The notes under the pieces were generated by a model that saw only the letters and a program-made list of their open reading frames with translations, made no database searches and was not told where the DNA came from. This document shows, piece after piece, positions 35,334-36,575 of a DNA stretch of 36,575 nucleotides (position 1 is its first letter; each line of letters begins with the position of its first letter). The DNA comes from a virus (Duplodnaviria > Caudoviricetes): positions 1-36,575 of IMG/VR virus record IMGVR_UViG_3300025889_000381; one strand, given 5' to 3'. Both the position numbers and the translations under genes were made by a program.

Positions 35334-35500
35334 GCGCAACCCTCATAAAACCTCGCCGGGCATACATAGTCGGGTCCCACCGTGTATGCCTCATCGTACC
35401 ACAGGTATTTAGGTCTGTCATACCCACAATCGTAAGTACAAACCTTATAAAGCCCAAAAGAAAACGAATGGCCCCAAAAAATTGCGACCAGTACACACAC
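35318..35500 (-). CDS. 60-aa Cys/aromatic-rich mini-protein, copy B
   Basis: GTG start overlaps the upstream TAG. Paralogous to 20243-20407, with many synonymous differences. Confidence 0.75.
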   Translation of the reverse strand: MCVLVAIFWGHSFSFGLYKVCTYDCGYDRPKYLWYDEAYTVGPDYVCPARFYEGCACIFS

Positions 35501-35634
35501 TAAACTTTTTTACGCGGCTTTTTCTTCCGCTGCCGGTTCATGTCCAAAGCAATAGCAACCGCCTGCTTCTGCTTATAGCCCTCATCCATAAGCTTCTTTA
35601 TCTTCGAACTCACCCACTTATCGTCCTTAGACAT
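35500..35634 (-). CDS. 44-aa basic protein with QAVAIAL motif (absent from the ORF track)
   Basis: MSKDDKWVSSKIKKLMDEGYKQKQAVAIALDMNRQRKKKPRKKV. Fills the gap between neighbours. Confidence 0.72.
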   Translation of the reverse strand: MSKDDKWVSSKIKKLMDEGYKQKQAVAIALDMNRQRKKKPRKKV

Positions 35635-35637
35635 AGG

Positions 35638-35841
35638 TCAAGCATTCACGAACCGTGAGCCGCGGAGAGCCGCACCCATACCACGCTTCTTGCCCGTAGT
35701 TACCTTTGCCTTCGCCGTGTTAGGCGTAGCAACGTCTTCCATCTGCTTATATGGAATACGGCCCTGATCCTTAATATCCGCATACGGTTGCGCCTTTTGC
35801 GCCGCACCCGGTGTATTCGTTACAATCTTTACACTTGCCAT
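35638..35841 (-). CDS. Small basic protein with RGMGAALRG motif
   Basis: 67 aa; AGGAG RBS. Confidence 0.72.
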   Translation of the reverse strand: MASVKIVTNTPGAAQKAQPYADIKDQGRIPYKQMEDVATPNTAKAKVTTGKKRGMGAALRGSRFVNA

Positions 35842-35850
35842 TTTAAACTC

Positions 35851-36081
35851 CTATTTCTTCTTTACAGGGCTACCATCGTTAGATTTCAGAAAACCTGCTA
35901 TCGTACTTTGATATAAAGGCATATCAGGGACTTTACGAACAGGTTTGCCCGGCGGAGGACCGAACCGATCCCGTAAAATCTTGTCTGGATAATTAGGGTT
36001 TTCTTTGCGCAGCTTATTTCTCCGCATGTTCTCTCTACCAGAAAGACGAACCTTGTCGGATGAGGGCGTGGTTCGTGCCAT
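35851..36081 (-). CDS. Small basic protein
   Basis: 76 aa; AGGAG RBS; ends NDGSPVKKK. Confidence 0.65.
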   Translation of the reverse strand: MARTTPSSDKVRLSGRENMRRNKLRKENPNYPDKILRDRFGPPPGKPVRKVPDMPLYQSTIAGFLKSNDGSPVKKK

Positions 36082-36090
36082 TTTAAACTC

Positions 36091-36450
36091 CTATTTTTTT
36101 CTTACGGGACCACCGCGTTTAAGCTTTTTCATCTTCGGCATCTCTGTGCCAGAGGCCAACTTATTTAAATTTAACATAGCACCTCCCCCACCACCACGAG
36201 TAACAGTGTTCACTTTAAAACGAGCTTTCCCCCCAGCATTTTGAACAGTTTCTGGGATTCTGGCATTAACCCGCTCACGCGCCTTTATTACTTTAGGGTG
36301 TTTTGCGGCTTTCTTTCTTGCCTCAGATTCGTTCTCGGCATTAACCGTAACAGTACTTGGAACAGCAGAAGAATAAGAAACGGATCCCGTTTTCGGATTA
36401 CGAGATTTAGGTTCTCGCAACTCATACTTTACTGTATACTCCCCCATCAC
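36091..36450 (-). CDS. Small basic protein
   Basis: 118-119 aa; start coupled to the upstream stop (GTGATG); V.AENESEA.KKA; ends LKRGGPVRKK. Confidence 0.68.
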   Translation of the reverse strand: MMGEYTVKYELREPKSRNPKTGSVSYSSAVPSTVTVNAENESEARKKAAKHPKVIKARERVNARIPETVQNAGGKARFKVNTVTRGGGGGAMLNLNKLASGTEMPKMKKLKRGGPVRKK

Positions 36451-36575
36451 TGACCCCTTTGCTTCAAAAGTTCACGCTGCATCGCACTGTCTATGCGAGC
36501 CGCCGTCTGAGCCTCTTGGCTCGCCAAACGCTTCTCAAATTGCTCCATACGCATCTGTTGGTTCTGGGCCTCAAG
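36447..36575 (-). CDS. C-terminus of a coiled-coil protein, probably the portal (5'-truncated)
   Basis: LEAQNQQMRMEQFEKRLASQEAQTAARIDSAMQRELLKQRGQ*. Gln-rich helix upstream of the head module; identity inferred from position. Confidence 0.5.
   Translation of the reverse strand, partial: LEAQNQQMRMEQFEKRLASQEAQTAARIDSAMQRELLKQRGQ

Noticed and set aside
35290-35496. 68-aa alternative-frame ORF over mini-gene copy B
   Set aside because: Paralogue conservation supports the MCVLVAIFWG frame instead.
20243-35500. Diversity-generating retroelement template/variable repeat pair
   Set aside because: Differences are not adenine-specific and many are third-position synonymous. No reverse transcriptase is present in the window.
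1-36575. tRNA, rRNA, integrase, transposase, intron or intein
   Set aside because: None was recognised, and the intergenic gaps are short and mostly accounted for. Not verified computationally.

Overview
This window is a segment of a tailed dsDNA phage, most consistent with a marine podovirus-like phage of Alphaproteobacteria (the host is inferred). The + strand carries only the 3' end of an SNF2/SF2 helicase (2-445). Everything else is one minus-strand late region. In transcription order it holds: probable portal C-terminus, a cluster of tiny basic genes, GroES, scaffold, head proteins and a Mu gpT-like major capsid protein, a second cluster of small basic genes, neck/adaptor proteins, a 22-aa beta-repeat protein, a tail fibre with an S74 chaperone, holin(s) and an M15 endolysin, a nozzle-like protein, and six putative internal/ejected virion proteins. 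Reading the DNA gives three genes missing from the ORF track (20243-20407, 28199-28360, 35500-35634) and several corrected starts. The most notable signals are: (1) a recurrent Phi-x-x-G-G-x-[VIMA] motif shared by five of the six putative ejected proteins and several small basic proteins, including a 53-aa peptide built from five copies of it, plus two related D...[GS]E domains that follow it; (2) a modular internal protein combining a twin-arginine-like motif, an ADP-ribosyltransferase-like domain and a lysozyme-like domain; (3) a duplicated Cys/aromatic mini-gene with copies 15 kb apart; (4) repeated gene-junction sequences suggesting a cassette array; (5) structured RNA elements downstream of the capsid gene. 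All functional calls come from motif recognition by eye; no searches were run.
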